Shown here: piece after piece, positions 20,728 through 30,902 of the stretch | Layout: every line of letters starts with the position of its first letter | Position numbering within the stretch: the stretch's first letter is position 1 | Virus record (IMG/VR): IMGVR_UViG_3300011008_000016 | Location: 128,001-192,000 of that record | Origin: a virus | Lineage: Duplodnaviria; Caudoviricetes | Direction: 5' to 3' (one strand) | DNA: 64,000 nt | Program-made: the position numbers and the translations under genes | The notes under the pieces: model-generated | Seen by the model: only the letters and a program-made list of their open reading frames with translations | Databases searched by the model: none | Told to the model about the DNA's origin: nothing

Positions 20728-21679
20728 GTATAGTTAATAAATAACTATACAGTTTATTTCCATCATCCCCAACGATGTTTTTGAGCATATGATAGTTATT
20801 TACATAGGTTGTCTGTAATACAGAAAGTATATTGTAGACAAGATATGAAAATACTTCCAAAGCTAAAGTCATTGGAGCATTGTACAGAGTGACATACATC
20901 TGGACAAACGTATTTACGTTCATCTGTCCAATACGTCCCTGTACCTGAGGAATTGTTACAAGCTTAGATAAGAACTTCCCAATATCTGCAAAGTCCTCTA
21001 CTTCAAACTGATCGTTTACAACCCGAATTGAACTGATATCCGGATTCTTGAGTTCATACAGACAGAAGTTTTCCACCGTAGCTATATCTGGATTATATCC
21101 CAATACGGTATTGATAAAGTACCGTGAAACCATAAACGATACCTGATTATAAACTGACTGATCCAGCTTAATGGTATATTTCCGGTTAATGCACTCCGTA
21201 ACTGCATGAGTATAAATCTTAGTCGCAGGACGAATGATGGATGGAGATGTAAGCTTCGGATTATGAGCTATATCTAATTCCATCATACGAATTGCAAAAT
21301 AACAACTTTCCAAAGAAACTTTCAACTTCCTTGGGTCTACAGAATATTCTTCTTCCCCTGGAACGCACTCACAGTGATTCAGAAATACAATTCCAGTCTG
21401 CGCATGATTTGCGGTCTTTAAAACAATGAATGGTAAATAAAGGGGTACCTTTACCTTTTCACAGTACACCATTACCATTCGTCCATCTGCCAACGCAGCT
21501 ATCATCTGATTAAAGATGAGACTCTTTACTCGATTCTGAAGAATTTTCAAGGATGTATTTAATTTGTCTGGGGTAACCTGTACTCCAGTTTTCATTATTT
21601 CTGCAATACGTTCAGTGATACTATTGTTACTATTCATCAAATTCCACTGATAAGAATTTGACAGATTTGCATAAGCCAT
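20717..21679 (-). CDS. hypothetical protein (late-type promoter; possibly virion)
   Basis: AAGGAGG RBS; promoter 21709-21720. Confidence 0.8.
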   Translation of the reverse strand: MAYANLSNSYQWNLMNSNNSITERIAEIMKTGVQVTPDKLNTSLKILQNRVKSLIFNQMIAALADGRMVMVYCEKVKVPLYLPFIVLKTANHAQTGIVFLNHCECVPGEEEYSVDPRKLKVSLESCYFAIRMMELDIAHNPKLTSPSIIRPATKIYTHAVTECINRKYTIKLDQSVYNQVSFMVSRYFINTVLGYNPDIATVENFCLYELKNPDISSIRVVNDQFEVEDFADIGKFLSKLVTIPQVQGRIGQMNVNTFVQMYVTLYNAPMTLALEVFSYLVYNILSVLQTTYVNNYHMLKNIVGDDGNKLYSYLLTILGE

Positions 21680-21795
21680 AATAGTAATCCTCCTTCCTTG
21701 TGATAATTTATATTCTTGTGATTAGGCTACTTTATTACAAAAAAGAATGGGGTGGAGTACGAAACTCCACCCTATCATTCCCATATGTGACAAAC

Positions 21796-22209
21796 TCAGC
21801 CGACATCTTCTCCTTCAGCCTCAGCCATTGTATAATGATGATCAACAAGACCGTTCAGAGCATCAACAACTTCATCTGTGGAGATATTTGATTCGTTCAT
21901 TACATTAAGCAGAATATCGGAAACTTTTGCACCCTTACTGAAAGAATTATTCTTCCAATATCCATACAGAGTAACCAGAATCGTTGCCCCTGAAGAGATA
22001 AGATAAATTACAGAAGGGGATATTTCCGGTAATGAGTAAGAGCCAAAGGTCACGGCAATCTGATTTAACCAAACAATACCCAATGCAATCAGACGTGCAA
22101 TCGCTCCAATCTGAACCTTACCTTCCTTCGCATCAGAAGATGCTGCTTCGATCATGCCTTTGAGTTCGGAAGCTGTACTAACAACCTCACTTATTTTGTC
22201 ACTTCTCAT
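21796..22209 (-). CDS. phage holin, SPP1 family
   Basis: IARLIALGIVWLNQ...FG...P, YGYWKNNSFSK.A motif, 2 TMs; late-type promoter 22237-22248. Confidence 0.8.
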   Translation of the reverse strand: MRSDKISEVVSTASELKGMIEAASSDAKEGKVQIGAIARLIALGIVWLNQIAVTFGSYSLPEISPSVIYLISSGATILVTLYGYWKNNSFSKGAKVSDILLNVMNESNISTDEVVDALNGLVDHHYTMAEAEGEDVG

Positions 22210-22280
22210 AGTAGCAATCCTCCTTTCACTATGATTTATTTTTATGTGGAATTCGGATTGAAACCGTTTATGAAAGATTA

Positions 22281-22988
22281 TTATCCCTTTGGGATAATGT
22301 CGAATACCTCATAGACTTTATACTTATCGTCCCTAACCACTAACCGGTCATCATCTATTATATAGATATCATCCCCGTATAGTATAGTAGATTTTAACAT
22401 AGTTCCAATATGGAAAACAATGGAAATCCCATCTTTGATATTGTTTGTAGGTACCAATTTAGCCCCACTATACTGACCAGCTATATCATATGTTTTCCCT
22501 GATGGGGTCTCGATATAAATATCATCCTTGTTATTAGTGTTCCATGCTCGTATAGCGTGAATATCAGGATTATAGTGAGTATTAAAGAATTCAGAAATTG
22601 TATTTCCACAGAGTCCCTCACTTTGTCTACCAAATGCCAATTGAAGTATAACATTCTTTTTGGTTGGTCGTCGTTCTGTGACATTGACTTTCTCGAATCT
22701 CCATTTCTGAGTGACATCTGGATATTTATCGTGATCAACTTCGCTTAGAAACATATCATAAGGTCTCGCATATACCGTTTTTTCGGTTGCTGTAACTGAT
22801 TCATATATGATAAGAGATGATTTATCTTCTGAATGAAGTGCAGTTCCCAAAATGCGATAAATATTTCCCTTAAAATGCCGGACGTAATCCCCCTCATTTA
22901 AATCCCTATCTGGATTTCCATTTTCATCATAAACTGTATTAACTTCTATGTCATCTTTACTATAAGATTTACATTCTCCAATAATCAT
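22281..22988 (-). CDS. DUF1653-domain protein
   Basis: YVRHFKGNIY...ALHSE....IIY...YARPYDMFLSEVD..KYP...QKWRFE. Confidence 0.85.
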   Translation of the reverse strand: MIIGECKSYSKDDIEVNTVYDENGNPDRDLNEGDYVRHFKGNIYRILGTALHSEDKSSLIIYESVTATEKTVYARPYDMFLSEVDHDKYPDVTQKWRFEKVNVTERRPTKKNVILQLAFGRQSEGLCGNTISEFFNTHYNPDIHAIRAWNTNNKDDIYIETPSGKTYDIAGQYSGAKLVPTNNIKDGISIVFHIGTMLKSTILYGDDIYIIDDDRLVVRDDKYKVYEVFDIIPKG

Positions 22989-23075
22989 TGCTTTTCCTCA
23001 CTTTCGACAAAGTAAGTTATGGGTCAGAGAAAAATCCCCAACCCATAACTTCTATATAGTTTGAGTCTACACCCG

Positions 23076-23873
23076 TTACCGTTCAATGATGATATGTTCG
23101 GTAACCTCCTGTGCATAGTCATTGATATCCTTTACAGATGGACTGTGCAAAACTCCGTCCTTCCAATACGTGATTCCAGAAAGAATCTTTGCAGCCTTTT
23201 CAATGTTGTCATCCCGATAAATCTTATTATACCGGTCCTGCCCTGCCTGCACAATTACCATCAAGAATGTTTTGATGAAACTATGCGTAATGAGCTGCGA
23301 CCTGAACTCACTACTAACCAGCATATTCTGGTAAGATGTTACTGCTGCCTGATGATCATTGTCGAGCATAGCATCAACGATTTCGCGGTCAAACTTATTG
23401 ACAAAGAAGATAGCCGGTTCGCCAGTATCCAAATCCGTATAATCAACAACTTCCAACTGACGCTGTTTTGCTGTCATTCCAAGATAACGCCGCATAGTTT
23501 CTGCATCCTCATCCGGAAGCCCAAATGCTCTCGTGATATCCTTTGTGTTTAATACGATAGAGCAATTCCCCGGAGTACCATCTTCATTTTGCGGTTCCCT
23601 GATAAACAAAACATAGTTCGTTGCCCCAGAGATGTCATCAAAGTTCAGCTTCATAAGATCAGCAGGAGATGTCACACCGCCTTCTTCTCCCTGAGCAGGT
23701 TGTGCCATTTCATATCCGACAACCATACCTTCCTTAGCAAAATCCTCTAAGGTCTTGCCTTCCTCAAATGTAGCACTGGTAATGTACGCTGTGCCGATTG
23801 TTTTGTCTCCGATTCGAATTCCTTCTCCAACCTGAGAATTCAAAATCTGAATTCCGTTTACAGTAAATTTCAT
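23076..23873 (-). CDS. hypothetical protein
   Basis: AAGGAGG RBS; 265 aa; own terminator near 23014-23053. Confidence 0.8.
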   Translation of the reverse strand: MKFTVNGIQILNSQVGEGIRIGDKTIGTAYITSATFEEGKTLEDFAKEGMVVGYEMAQPAQGEEGGVTSPADLMKLNFDDISGATNYVLFIREPQNEDGTPGNCSIVLNTKDITRAFGLPDEDAETMRRYLGMTAKQRQLEVVDYTDLDTGEPAIFFVNKFDREIVDAMLDNDHQAAVTSYQNMLVSSEFRSQLITHSFIKTFLMVIVQAGQDRYNKIYRDDNIEKAAKILSGITYWKDGVLHSPSVKDINDYAQEVTEHIIIER

Positions 23874-23939
23874 ATTAGTTATCCTCCTTAAAAAAGATTT
23901 TTCGTTGCTTTATTACATGGTTACTAAACCAATAATTAT

Positions 23940-24857
23940 TTACACAATCTGGAATGTTCCATATCCATGGAAAGCTTGTTTAAATAACTTATTCATTGGA
24001 AGCTTTTGCTCTTCTTGAATTTGGATAAACTGCTTAGCATTACAGATTCCAAATAACTCTTGGTTACTTACATTTAATATATAAATATTTGAGCTTACAG
24101 ATTTAAACTTTTCAAAAGCCCGAACAAATGCAAGTATTTTAACCAAGTTGGGTACATCTTCGCTTTTCTGTAAGAAATCCTTGATATAAACACCAGTTTC
24201 GTTCATTTCAATAATGAACTCTGATTCTGGACCATATCTGCAAGATATTGAATTCTTAGCACGAGGTTCAATAATAATCTGTCTAAACTCATTCTTCATT
24301 TCCTGTTGAATAATCTTACCAAGTCTCGTAAGAGGTGGCTCTATTCCTATTGGAGTATCATTTACCGTTTTTGGTTCAGATGTAACCTTATTTCTGGTAC
24401 CGACATACTCTTCAGCATTGTCATCATCACTCACAGATAGTATATAAAACCCATACTTTGAGATATCATCATTATAAAATGCTTTAAGCTTGTTATAGTA
24501 CCCTAAAGGTATAGTGATATATCGCTCATCTTCTTTAACTGGGGCATTACAAGAGACACAAGCTTGCTGAATAGCAATAGTGTTACCAGTTAAAGAGATA
24601 AGGACAGTTACTTTATCCTGAGACATAATATGTCTAACAACCTTTTCATATATAGGTCTAATATACGTCTCTGTAATTGGGATGACATCATCTATCACAA
24701 ATACATTGTTAATGTCTTTTACTTTGAGTTTAATGACATCGTCCAATACTAAGTAATAGAATTCGTCTCCTTCATTCATCGTTGGTTTATAGAATAACGT
24801 AATCTTAAACCCAGATTTGAAAAGGTCAAATAACTTATTTTTCTTTGACCTTGACAT
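23940..24857 (-). CDS. hypothetical protein (ATG 24857 preferred to TTG 24917)
   Basis: Long ORF; GGAG upstream of ATG TCA AGG. Confidence 0.7.
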   Translation of the reverse strand: MSRSKKNKLFDLFKSGFKITLFYKPTMNEGDEFYYLVLDDVIKLKVKDINNVFVIDDVIPITETYIRPIYEKVVRHIMSQDKVTVLISLTGNTIAIQQACVSCNAPVKEDERYITIPLGYYNKLKAFYNDDISKYGFYILSVSDDDNAEEYVGTRNKVTSEPKTVNDTPIGIEPPLTRLGKIIQQEMKNEFRQIIIEPRAKNSISCRYGPESEFIIEMNETGVYIKDFLQKSEDVPNLVKILAFVRAFEKFKSVSSNIYILNVSNQELFGICNAKQFIQIQEEQKLPMNKLFKQAFHGYGTFQIV

Positions 24858-25407
24858 ACTCTTGTAACTCCATTTCTTTCTTTTGCAGAATTCCTTTAAT
24901 GTACTTATTGTTATCAATAATACATTCGATGGTATTCATAATAACATCATGAAATGTATCAGATAACTCAACTCCAAAGTCTCCTTTCATAAAGTTGTAA
25001 TAATCTTCAGTGGAAAGTTTCTTTGGAAGTCCATCATCCGTAACGGACTCTTCTTCACAACGAGCCATTCTATCAGAAATGAATTCGATCAATTGAATCA
25101 AAGTCATTCCTTTTAAGCCGTTTTTATAATAAGCCGGACAATAGTCATTCATAGCATCATGAACGCCTTTTAAAAGTTGCTTATTTTTATTTCGTATAGA
25201 TGGAATGGGACTATTAGCTTTAACAGCTATTACCATTTCCGTTTCTTCTGAGTAACTGTTATCATGTCTCCTACTTCGAGCCATTAAATCTTGAGCAATA
25301 ATGCTCATTTTCATGGCAACTCGACTTCTGTGAGCAAGTAGCTGTTTAAGAACAACATTCTTGTCCTCTCTACTAATCTGCTCTGTTTTCGTTGTATCAC
25401 TTGCCAT
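24835..25407 (-). CDS. DUF5662/HD-like protein, degenerate
   Basis: HR..V...L..R...HD.S...E, H..N...P.YY..G...M.L..LIE..SD pattern. Confidence 0.5.
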   Translation of the reverse strand: MASDTTKTEQISREDKNVVLKQLLAHRSRVAMKMSIIAQDLMARSRRHDNSYSEETEMVIAVKANSPIPSIRNKNKQLLKGVHDAMNDYCPAYYKNGLKGMTLIQLIEFISDRMARCEEESVTDDGLPKKLSTEDYYNFMKGDFGVELSDTFHDVIMNTIECIIDNNKYIKGILQKKEMELQEYVKVKEK

Positions 25408-25430
25408 TTTTCATTACCTCCATTCATATT

Positions 25431-25889
25431 TTATAGATTCGTGGGATACGCCTTATTTCTATTATCGACCAAATCATCATGATATACTGTAAGTATTTCA
25501 TTAATAGCGGTGTCGATATCTTGTGTGAATATCTTTACACTTTTTGATGGTGTAAAGTTGGCAATGGATTTGCAGTTATTGATATACATAATCCACGACC
25601 ATAATTCCGGAGTACCATATTCATCCATGGATAGAAGTTTTGGTTTCTGATAATATCGAAGTTCTTCTTCATCATCCAATGGTCTGGTTGTAATATAATC
25701 TGTAAGGACATGATAAAACTTACAGATAAGAGATTGATGCGGAACGACAATATGCCTTACAGCATCCATATCTGAGAACCTTGTTTTAAACTGCATATTC
25801 CCATGAGAATCGTCAATATCAATACCTTTACGAACCTCGTCAGGGATAGTATATGCTTCATTTGGTTCGTATGTACCTACAAAAGCCAT
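25431..25889 (-). CDS. baseplate wedge protein, T4 gp53/LysM-like
   Basis: Y.QKPKLLS.D.YGTPELW..IM..NN motif. Confidence 0.65.
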   Translation of the reverse strand: MAFVGTYEPNEAYTIPDEVRKGIDIDDSHGNMQFKTRFSDMDAVRHIVVPHQSLICKFYHVLTDYITTRPLDDEEELRYYQKPKLLSMDEYGTPELWSWIMYINNCKSIANFTPSKSVKIFTQDIDTAINEILTVYHDDLVDNRNKAYPTNL

Positions 25890-25893
25890 AATA

Positions 25894-26304
25894 TCACACC
25901 TTTCCGATAAACTTTATTTCAGACGCATCACTATAGAGTATTTCTGCAATAAACTGATTACCTTTTTCAATTTGAAACACACCTTCAATCATCTCTGCCT
26001 TTTCTGTGAAATCTGGATGCTCATTAGGGTAATGCCCTATGGTTATATAACCCTGAGTCATAACTTGTTTCGGCATAGATACCCTACAGTCTGATGCATT
26101 CGCCTCCATAGATTCCACGGTAATTGGTATTTTTTCTTGCCATAAGCCACCGTTTATTTGAGGCATATACTTTGGAATATATGCTTTAATCTCTTCAGGA
26201 ACCGGTTTTATTCGTTCAACATTCTTGAAGTATTCAAAGTTATCGTTATTATAATCGGTAACATTAGTTGTATTGGCATTCTCTGCTATATAAGCCATAC
26301 TCAT
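25894..26304 (-). CDS. hypothetical protein, likely baseplate/tail-associated
   Basis: First gene after late-type promoter 26327-26338. Confidence 0.7.
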   Translation of the reverse strand: MSMAYIAENANTTNVTDYNNDNFEYFKNVERIKPVPEEIKAYIPKYMPQINGGLWQEKIPITVESMEANASDCRVSMPKQVMTQGYITIGHYPNEHPDFTEKAEMIEGVFQIEKGNQFIAEILYSDASEIKFIGKV

Positions 26305-26453
26305 CTACCACCTTTCTTCATAGTATTAATTCGGTGTGACTTACTTGATTAAATAGTAGAATCGTGCGAGCATATGTACATTTATTTAATACTTACTATG
26401 GGAACAGGTACATTACCCGTTTCCATATTATTTGGCTCAAAGGAGATTTTGTT

Positions 26454-27668
26454 ATGGCACAGTTCTCATTAAATAAGATGCAGGGTGTGGCATCAGATGA
26501 GTTTCGTTACTGGTACAAACATCCTGAATCAAGAAAACGACCATGGTTTGAAATCTCCGGACCAGCAGGTTCAGGTAAAACCACTGTCGTAAAACATATA
26601 ATTCGTGAATTAGGACTCAAAGATTCAAATGTTGTATTTATGGCGTTTGTTGGAAAAGCCGCATTAGCATTAAGATTATCTGGAGTTAATGGTAGGACAA
26701 TTCATAGTGTCATTTACCGTATCATTCGACATTATAAACGAGATAAAGATGATAATGTAGTTTACTACAAAGGACAACCTATCATAGAGACTTCATTTGA
26801 AAAAGTAGAAGCTTTACCAAAAGATATTGAACTATTAGTTGTCGATGAGGGTGGTATGGTTGATTCCAATATAGGAGCAGACATATTGTCATTCGGCATA
26901 CCAACGTTGGTATTGGGTGATTTGCATCAATTACCACCTGTATTTGGTACAAGTCTATTCTTACATCAACCAGATGTAATACTAAATGAGATTATGAGAC
27001 AGCACAAAGATAGTGCAATCATATATCTCTCTCAACTTGCAATGCATGGTATTCCTATACCGTATGGTTCTTATAACCATGGAGAATGCAGGGTAATCCG
27101 AAAAGAAGCATTAACAGATGATGATTTAAAGGCATTTGACCTTATCATTTGTAGTACGAATCGAACCAGAGATACAATCAATTGGTATATGAGAAAAAAT
27201 ATCTATGGAATAGATTCAAACTCTATTTCCATTGGAGACAAACTTATTTGTCGTCAGAATTGTTGGGATACTTTATTAAATGACCCAAAGATTGATGTAG
27301 ATATAGCTCTTGTTAATGGTATGATAGGAACAGTTACAAGCGTTGATAGAAATAAAAAAGGAAGTGGTGGTGGACATTTATCCATTGGATTCAAACCAGA
27401 ATTTTCTGATGTTAGTTTTACGGATATACCTATTAATCCAACATACGTGCTCAGTGAATATGACTATCGGAAAACAATAAATCCAAGGTTTTCCCCGGAT
27501 GTTACGTTTGAACTTGGTTATTGTTCAACCTGTCATTTAGCACAAGGTTCTCAATATCCGAATATTCTTATCTATATAGATTCCTCTATGACAGATTCTG
27601 ACTATTCAAGAAAATGGCTATATACAGCGATTACAAGAGCACAAAAAAATCTAACTATAGCAGTTTAA
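26454..27668 (+). CDS. Dda/RecD-like SF1B helicase (start corrected from 26364)
   Basis: GPAGSGKTT, GKAA, TIHS, VDEGGM, GDLHQLPP, HLAQGSQY, LYTAITRA; AAGGAG RBS. Confidence 0.92.
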   Translation: MAQFSLNKMQGVASDEFRYWYKHPESRKRPWFEISGPAGSGKTTVVKHIIRELGLKDSNVVFMAFVGKAALALRLSGVNGRTIHSVIYRIIRHYKRDKDDNVVYYKGQPIIETSFEKVEALPKDIELLVVDEGGMVDSNIGADILSFGIPTLVLGDLHQLPPVFGTSLFLHQPDVILNEIMRQHKDSAIIYLSQLAMHGIPIPYGSYNHGECRVIRKEALTDDDLKAFDLIICSTNRTRDTINWYMRKNIYGIDSNSISIGDKLICRQNCWDTLLNDPKIDVDIALVNGMIGTVTSVDRNKKGSGGGHLSIGFKPEFSDVSFTDIPINPTYVLSEYDYRKTINPRFSPDVTFELGYCSTCHLAQGSQYPNILIYIDSSMTDSDYSRKWLYTAITRAQKNLTIAV

Positions 27669-27688
27669 ATTTGCAGTAACATAAAGAT

Positions 27689-27866
27689 AATTAGTAGGTT
27701 AATGGTAACTTACTGATTCCTTACCCGAGGTAACGGGGACTCTTACTCTTGAGCATGTCCTGTCTGGTTGAATCAGGACATCTTCCTTTTAAAAGATTTC
27801 ATCGATAAAATGACTCAGTTGCACGGATAGAAAGGTGGTTACCGACAGCCACCTTTCTCATTCCGT
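27689..27866 (+). ncRNA. candidate structured small RNA (late-type promoter)
   Basis: AACA-N6-TA at 27678-27689; hairpins 27692-27715, 27717-27739, 27755-27781; terminator-like stem 27829-27858; no ORF. Confidence 0.55.
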
Positions 27867-27889
27867 TTACATACAAAAAATAAATTCTG

Positions 27890-27921
27890 GGGTAGTGAAC
27901 CATTTATTAGGTTCACTACCC
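27890..27921. terminator. bidirectional intrinsic terminator
   Basis: GGGGTAGTGAAC/GTTCACTACCCC flanked by A-rich and T-rich runs. Confidence 0.75.
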
Positions 27922-27957
27922 CTTTTGTTTTGTATTAGAAAAACTGCACAACCCCGC

Positions 27958-28290
27958 TTATTTATAAACAATCTCGCTTCTGCCGAACGATATTAGTTGC
28001 TTTACAGTGACATATACATGTCCAGTTGTCTTTGTTAAATCGAAATCACCCTCAAGTCGAAGAGCAATATTCTGATGGCGACCACGAATCTTAGCCTTCA
28101 AATCAAACTTACGAAAAGCTGTGATATTCGTTGTAAAAGCTACATTGTCAGAATCCACATCGGATAAACGGAACTTCATAGAAACAAGATTCCCATATTC
28201 ATATACAGGAATAAATTCCATTTTCATATCGTCCACGATTGCCAGATTGTACTGTAACTCATTAACAGTAAGCATAGTTGTTGTCTTCAT
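27958..28290 (-). CDS. early hypothetical protein
   Basis: AAAGGAGG RBS; operon under boxed early promoter. Confidence 0.75.
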   Translation of the reverse strand: MKTTTMLTVNELQYNLAIVDDMKMEFIPVYEYGNLVSMKFRLSDVDSDNVAFTTNITAFRKFDLKAKIRGRHQNIALRLEGDFDLTKTTGHVYVTVKQLISFGRSEIVYK

Positions 28291-28314
28291 AGTGTAAATC
28301 CTCCTTTGTGATTA

Positions 28315-28500
28315 TTAGAAAATTTCCATTGATTGGTTTTTACGACCAAAAATGTTACCTTTAGTTACCATTCCATCTTCTGGATTCTGAATACCAATAT
28401 TACGACAAACTTTAAGAAGTCCTTCACAATTATTTTCAGGTTTCTCTGAAGAGTTAAGAAAGTTGCTAATTTCATTAATCATCTCAGTTCTCTGTAACAT
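28315..28500 (-). CDS. small early hypothetical protein (start corrected from 28542)
   Basis: GGAGGT RBS before ATG 28500. Confidence 0.65.
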   Translation of the reverse strand: MLQRTEMINEISNFLNSSEKPENNCEGLLKVCRNIGIQNPEDGMVTKGNIFGRKNQSMEIF

Positions 28501-28514
28501 TATAATACCTCCAT

Positions 28515-28853
28515 TTATGAAAGTGATATTGCAATCTGGCATAATGTCTGATAAACGTCCCAGTGTGCATCATACCAAAGCTCACTTAAAGTTTTAACCT
28601 CAAACTCATTTGCAATTCTTCCAGCTATTTGATTAGCTTTGGCGGAAAAATTCTTCAACATATCCAATTGATATTCTGACATGTTCCATATTAATGCATT
28701 TATTGCATTCACATCTTTGGAGGCAATTATTTCAGAATTCTTCTGGAGATATTCTTCAGCCTCTTTCTTTCCCATTTCAGCAGCCTCATCTTTCATAGTG
28801 TTAAAACTTTTCCCATTGCTAACATTGATTCCCATTTCATTAATTCTTAACAT
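28515..28853 (-). CDS. early hypothetical protein
   Basis: AAAGGGG RBS; first gene after promoter 28935-28970. Confidence 0.7.
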   Translation of the reverse strand: MLRINEMGINVSNGKSFNTMKDEAAEMGKKEAEEYLQKNSEIIASKDVNAINALIWNMSEYQLDMLKNFSAKANQIAGRIANEFEVKTLSELWYDAHWDVYQTLCQIAISLS

Positions 28854-28934
28854 AACTTTTATCCCCTTTCGTGTATAAACTGGAGCATAGTAAATTTGTT
28901 ATAGTAGCTCCATTAGTTTCCTTATATACAGAAT

Positions 28935-28970
28935 TAATATAGTACTAAAAAGCTTGCGAAACGGATTTTT
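28935..28970 (-). promoter_or_regulatory. boxed early promoter AAAATCC-N21-TATATTA
   Basis: Same fixed spacing in 5 copies (28935, 33301, 36587, 47274, 56152). Confidence 0.75.
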
Positions 28971-28979
28971 CACAAAACA

Positions 28980-29186
28980 GAGATAGGTGTACAGAATCTA
29001 TTAATTCCATACACCTATCTCATTTTCCATCCGCCGCTTTCATAGCGGCAATCCCGACCCAGCCGCGACACATATCGCATCGGCATATTCCATATTTTCC
29101 AAGGGGCATTTACACCCATCCATTTTCACCGAAGCCCGCCGCTGGATATACACCGGGTATACATATGAGCAGATATCTTCCGCTCT
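28980..29186 (-). ncRNA. candidate GC-rich structured small RNA (late-type promoter)
   Basis: AACA-N6-TA at 29186-29197; hairpins GAGCGGA/TCTGCTC, GCCGCT/AGCGGC, GCGA/TCGC; terminator AGATAGGTGTA/TACACCTATCT; no RBS-led ORF. Confidence 0.6.
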
Positions 29187-29270
29187 AAAAATATGTTATG
29201 TAAAATTTATTTATTTATTAATAAAAAAGAATTCAGTAGAGGATATCTTGTATTCCCTACTGAATTCTTT

Positions 29271-30896
29271 CTAATGCACTGGTTCCAAATCAAATATATC
29301 ATCAGTAACCATATCTTTGTCCATTAAAGGATTTTTATGAGTCGACCGACCTCTACTTCCACCAAATAACATATTCGCATCAGCACCTTCCATATTAGTA
29401 TCAAGACTAATGATTCCTTGAGGCTTTGATAATAGAATATCATCTACCAAAGAGAACTCATTATCTCTATGGAAAGGTTGGTTGAAATATGTCAACTTCG
29501 TAGATGGTCTATAGCGTTCCTTTAACCGAGTGAATGTTAGATAAAGCAATTGATTGTCTCGTTTTCTTTCCAAGTTCAGTCCAATTGTCATATCAGGATT
29601 TTCCATAACTTCATATGCAGAACCAACATTTTCACCACCGACAAATTTAGCTAAATCTGCTTTACCTTCTCTGGCAGCGGCATTAATTGTTGCGAGTGCA
29701 CTTCTGTTATACTGATGAGCTGATACGACTGGTATCTGATAATCAATTGCTACTTGTCGTAATTCATTTGTAACATTCTTGAGCATCTCTTTCTCGTCTC
29801 GGGCTTTTTGGTGTGGAAGAATACGCTTTATGTAGTCGAAGCTAACCATGATAATTTCTTTACCTGTCATTTCAACTTCGTCAATGATATCTCTGAGGTC
29901 ATCTGTGGTGATACTCATATTCGCTCTATATACAAACAGAATACCAATATCATCATTTGCAATAACCTTCTTATCCTTGAGTTTGTCGACAATGTCACTC
30001 GGTTTACTCTTCTCTACATCCGTATCTTCTACTGCCATATTCCAAGTACGAGCAAAAGACTCATCGATGGTATTTTCCATCGTAATATATAATACATATG
30101 GTTTCGCACCCTCGTGTTTCGGTTTGAATGTCTTTGCATTGTATTTCGCACAGTCGATTACAATCTTTAGTAGCATTGCAGATTTGAAACCGCCTGTAAC
30201 TCCAAGAAAGACATACAATTTACCGGGACGAAATCCAGGTGATAACATTTCGTTTAACATTTGAATACCAGTTATGATGATAGATGATGCATCTCCTAAT
30301 CTATCTACAATTTCAGAGACACGCTCAACAATATTTGGGTCATTAAAATCCAGCATCCCAGTATTCCAAACTGTTGAAATTTCTCGTTTCGCTGTCATAT
30401 AACAACGAATCCAATTTAGTACCTTAGCATTGACTTCTGCGAATGTAATAAAATTTCCCTCTTCTACTTCTTCAATGATCTCTTTCATATCAGGGATTGT
30501 ATTAATCAATGTTCCGTGTGTTAATCTATCTTCTATAAAGTTCGTTATGAAATCAATCTCCTTATAATTAAGAGACTTATAACGATCCAGATTTTTCAAT
30601 ATTTCTTCGACAACCGGATTTTCTCCATCTGGTGTACAATAACTGAGAATGATACCTTCATCTTCGTACTTTTGGTCAAGCTTTGCATCTAAAGCTTTTA
30701 ATATGAAATTAACCCGTTCCATAACTACTGGACGAGTTTCATAATTTTTATAATCGCATGTTTTCAGTAGCTTTTGGATATTCCTCAAGTTCAAATTGTT
30801 AATACTCTTTGTTTTCTTGAAGATATATCCAATGATTTTGTTTAACATTGAAACATCCCATCGGATGTTCAATGGTTCATGATTCATAACATCCAT
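29271..30896 (-). CDS. dnaB: DnaB-like replicative helicase
   Basis: GFRPGKLYVFLGVTGGFKS, YITMEN, FDYI, LRQVA....IPVVSAHQYNR. Confidence 0.9.
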   Translation of the reverse strand: MDVMNHEPLNIRWDVSMLNKIIGYIFKKTKSINNLNLRNIQKLLKTCDYKNYETRPVVMERVNFILKALDAKLDQKYEDEGIILSYCTPDGENPVVEEILKNLDRYKSLNYKEIDFITNFIEDRLTHGTLINTIPDMKEIIEEVEEGNFITFAEVNAKVLNWIRCYMTAKREISTVWNTGMLDFNDPNIVERVSEIVDRLGDASSIIITGIQMLNEMLSPGFRPGKLYVFLGVTGGFKSAMLLKIVIDCAKYNAKTFKPKHEGAKPYVLYITMENTIDESFARTWNMAVEDTDVEKSKPSDIVDKLKDKKVIANDDIGILFVYRANMSITTDDLRDIIDEVEMTGKEIIMVSFDYIKRILPHQKARDEKEMLKNVTNELRQVAIDYQIPVVSAHQYNRSALATINAAAREGKADLAKFVGGENVGSAYEVMENPDMTIGLNLERKRDNQLLYLTFTRLKERYRPSTKLTYFNQPFHRDNEFSLVDDILLSKPQGIISLDTNMEGADANMLFGGSRGRSTHKNPLMDKDMVTDDIFDLEPVH

Positions 30897-30902
30897 GGGT
30901 AG

